Assembly: GCA_002269645.1 (NCBI GenBank)
Contig: NIVC01003197.1
Span: 1 to 64,000 of the forward strand
Reading direction: 5' to 3'
Source of the DNA: Macrostomum lignano
Taxonomy: Eukaryota
Length of the DNA: 64,000 nucleotides
Shown: positions 60,155-64,000 of the stretch, one piece after another
How the letters are laid out: each line of letters begins with the position of its first letter
How positions within the stretch are numbered: position 1 is the first letter of the stretch
Made by a program: the position numbers and the translations under genes
Notes under the pieces: generated by a model
The model's input: the letters and a program-made list of their open reading frames with translations, nothing else
What the model was told of the DNA's origin: nothing
The model's database searches: none

Positions 60155-63100
60155 GTTACCTTACTTTTAAACGTCATAGCAAGGCATGACGGTATCTTGG
60201 AATGGCGTCGCGGATGATTGAGTTTGAGAGTGAGATGTATACTTATTCTGAAAGATTCAGAACAGAACTCTTATATCTAAAGCTGAATAGATCGATCGAC
60301 CGGTAGACCGGGTTTAACGCGTATCTCCTCATAGACGGCTGCCAACTCAAATGCAAAACTTATATATATATATTTACTTTATATAATAACATTATGCCTA
60401 ACATCATATCTCAATAGCATATCAACATCTTACATCATGCTTGCTTTAATGCATATCATTTTTAAAAATAAATGTTGAGATTTTAAATTCAATGTCTTGT
60501 CGTCTTCAGGCATAAAGTTTTTAAAATTTTCTGGCCTTACTACTGTATAGATTTTTTGGCATAAGCTTTTGTTCTATTCTTCTGTAACACTTCTTCTAAC
60601 ACTTCTATCAAAAAGTTCTGCAAGTGACCTCACAACTCAGTGTTGTGAGGTTAAGTAAACATAACTTAGGCCTATCCAACAATGTGTGACCATCTGGGGC
60701 TAGGTTTTTTTAGCAAACATTAAGCATTAAATATTTCAATACTAGATATTGATATTTTGCTACAAGATAGTTCAATATAATTATGAGTATAAAGTTAGGC
60801 CCTAATTGCTATTGTCTTTATAGCATATCACACAAGAAAAATTTTTTGAAATTTTAAAGTTTTTGATTTTTCACAATTTTATATTTATATTTTCATTTGA
60901 TAATTTAGGCCCTATTTTGACTTCAAATTTGTGTAAATAGCAACATATCAGAATTCTTATCTATAATAAAACACACTAACAAATGTATATCTCAGAATAA
61001 TATATAGGCCTAATATAAGACTAACATGGCATAGGTCTAGTTCCCAGTGAGCTCCGCGAAACCCACAAACCCAAGGACACGCGCGAAGCGCGTGTCCTTG
61101 GGTTTGTGGGGTGAGCGGAGCGAACGCGCGAGGCACAAAGTGCCGAGCATGAGGAACAAACAGCCAGCCAATGCGCGAAGCGCATTGGGTGGTCTGGCTT
61201 GTGACGAATATAATAATATGAGACGTGTGCATCGAAAAAATGACAAGAAAAATCTCACAAAAACTGCTGTAACTTCAAAACTACAAGTGCGAATTTCACA
61301 AGTGAGGTGTCATTTTAAAGAGAAGAATCTGATCTATTTAACGAGTATAGTTTTGTATGGATTCACTGCGGAGAAAAGGAACAGGCTTCAGTTGAAATGT
61401 TTGTCTTAAGATTATGTCTTTACAAAAGTGCATTTCCTCATGCACATTAAAACTCGAGCTAAAAATGTTCGAGGGTTATAGGTGCGCCTTACTAAGATGC
61501 ATAACATTATTGGGTTGTTTTTTTCAATTGTATCAAAAAGTTGGCACTTTGGTTGCAAAAAATGCAAAAATTGAAAATGTACTTTTACAGTTTTTTGCAT
61601 TTTTTTCTATACTGCTAATAGTTAAGCATACATACTATGCACCAATTGATGCGCAATTCAAAGATACACAAGTGTGGAAGTTTTCAATTCTTAGACATTT
61701 GAAATCAGAAAGTTATCGACGAAAGACTAAAAATCATGATCTCAAACTGATTTGAGGAAAAGTGCTCATTATAATTTTTGGAATATGGAAGAAACAATTC
61801 AACGCCGTCATCTAATTCCAAACTAACTGTACTTTAAGGTACTGCGATGATTTTTTTATTGAAAGAGCGAAACCTGTTTAAATATTTGAAAAAATGGGAA
61901 AAAAGTACCTTTTTTCATAGAAATACACTCTTTTGACTGCTTAATCCAATTTCCAACAACAAAATAGTTGCTTTCCTGCTGGTGCAAACCGTTATTAGGG
62001 TGAATTTTCAAAATTGCATACTGTGCCAAAAGTAAACTGAAGCTTAATATTTATAAACATTAGAAACGGGACCACTAATGGGTATTTTACTTTGGTTACT
62101 TACTATGGACTAAACTGGCACTGGCAGAGACAGATTTGAGAGAAACTAATTGCTCCATTGTATTTGTATTTGGCTCCAGCGTTACAAATTACAATAGCTA
62201 TTTCGGGGTCTAACCGGCTAAGTTATCAAAAAAGCTAGATACCAATCACCAGTTTCATCATCAGCTATACCTACCACGATTTTATAGTCGCATGCAACAG
62301 TAATACCCTCCTTTAAAAGTTTTCAATATCTAAAATGATGTGTTAAATTTTATAAAATTTCATAAACAGTGAAATTTTAGCTGTTTACGTGCTGGTGGTT
62401 TGAACGTAGCTACTTTGTGCGAAAATACACTGTCATTAATACCGTACCTATTATTGTATTTATTGTATTGAAAGTTGATGTGTAAATTGTACTTTTCTAT
62501 TTTTTTGTCATTCGTTATCGCACTCGGGCCGGCCTGCCTGCCTTGTGGGGTGTGGTGGCCTTGGCCACTTTCTCCCCCTTCTGCTAGGATCCAAAGCAAG
62601 CTTTCAAGTGTACATTTAATATTATCGATCGATTATTTAAAACAAGCCTCTAGTGGCTGGTGTTGAGAGTGAGTGGCCTTGAGTGTACGCGAAAGCAAGA
62701 GGAAGCCCATGGGCGGACTATATGAACCTTCCTTTAGTGGAAAGTTGGGCCTTGTGCATTGGATAGTGTACGCTACACAAGACAGAAGGTAAAGAGAAAG
62801 AGAACGACAGGCTAGCCAATAGCGATAGCATGTGCTTCTTTCTCTCCAGTCCACTATGGTAGGGGGGGGGGTGTCAGACGGCCCAACTCTAACCCCCATA
62901 CCCAAAACAGCGTACATGTAGAATAAGAAGGGATTGGGTCCAGATAAGTCTTCCCAAATGTACATGTATGTACAAAGACAAACACAGACAGAAAAATGGC
63001 TCTAAAAACCATTGTTATTGTTACACTGTGTGTCTATTTTTATTAACTTGACTTTGACTTGTCTTTACTCTAGCATGGTCAAGGATAATTACTGTTACTT

Positions 63101-64000
63101 CATACCTAATTTACAATTAATTGCATAAGATTAAGAAGGAATAATACAATCGAGGTCGAACCCATGATCACTTGACCCACCCACCCATGATCACTTCTGA
63201 TTCTGACCTACATGTATCTACTATATCCTGCCAGTTTCTCCAGTTTTATGGGTCTTGGTGTCGGTGATTCGAGCAATTCCATTACATTTTATCGGTGCAG
63301 TGCGTCTATTAATGCTTAGCTACTTGTATATGTGTTGCAGAACTTATGCTCGTAGTTTCCCTTCTAGGGATGTTGACCCCGGGAGTGCTCCCCGGGGAGC
63401 TTGTCGGGGAATACTCTCCGGGGAATTTAACCGGGGACCCTGGGGAGAAAAAATATGAAAAAATGCATTTGTAACTTAATTTTTGCCATTAAAATAAGAA
63501 ACTGATTCACAGAAAGCTGATTGAAACTCTGTCTATGCTCTTTTACCGCATAATTGCTTATTTCAATGCATTACATGTATTTGAAACACAACACACGTTT
63601 GATTGTTTTTTCACTAATAAGTCATTCAATCAAGCAAATTGCACGTAGAAAAGAAACCCGTCAGGAAAAAGAAGCCTTACTGACTAGTGACTGCTGTGTT
63701 GGTCTGCGTTGACGGCTTGACGCAGGCGCAGCGCTGCGTCATGCGTCAGGCACTGACGCATAGGGGGGTGTCATACATATACTCCCTATTAGACAAGGAC
63801 AAAATGGTGATTTACATATATATGCAAGAAATAAAATTCCGATTATAAAAACAGTCTCATTCATTAATTATCCTCTCACGAGCGTAGCTGTTTAGCATGC
63901 ATTCCAACAAATGCACTTTTCCGATAAAGGTGCGCGCACGATTTCGTGATGCCACATTGTCAAATACAGTTTAAAAAAACATTGTTTAAAATTTTTACCC

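Noticed and set aside
60480-64000. Probable fragments of further MITEs (GCGCGAAGCGC at ~61080-61190, CCGGGGA run at ~63378-63450, GACGCA cluster at ~63705-63760)
   Set aside because: No paired TIRs or TSDs could be established by eye.

Overview
Eukaryotic (animal) genomic DNA with spliceosomal GT-AG introns, GC-rich exons and an AT-rich, repeat-laden background. The style suggests a flatworm such as Macrostomum, but that is inference only. Four spliced genes can be reconstructed by hand: the 3' end of TMEM62 (+), METTL16 (-, 3 exons, ~620 aa), xylulose kinase XYLB (-, 7 exons, ~551 aa) and a cytosolic alpha-carbonic anhydrase (-, 5 exons, ~280 aa). About half the window is tandem repeat: a 17.6 kb higher-order satellite (238/238/71/68 bp), an 11.5 kb 23-24 bp satellite, and several unrelated minisatellites, two of which reiterate the 5' splice site itself. 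The right third holds DNA transposons delimited by TIRs and TSDs (two related long-TIR P-type elements, a P-like MITE, two MULE-like elements), a Gypsy RT relic and a tRNA-derived SINE. The most notable observations are the promoter-less XYLB->METTL16 tandem (candidate trans-spliced operon), splice-site-anchored minisatellites, and a nested SINE-in-Gypsy-in-P element inside a carbonic anhydrase intron. No CRISPR array or intact RNA gene was found. All coordinates and homologies come from manual reading and recall, with no database searches.
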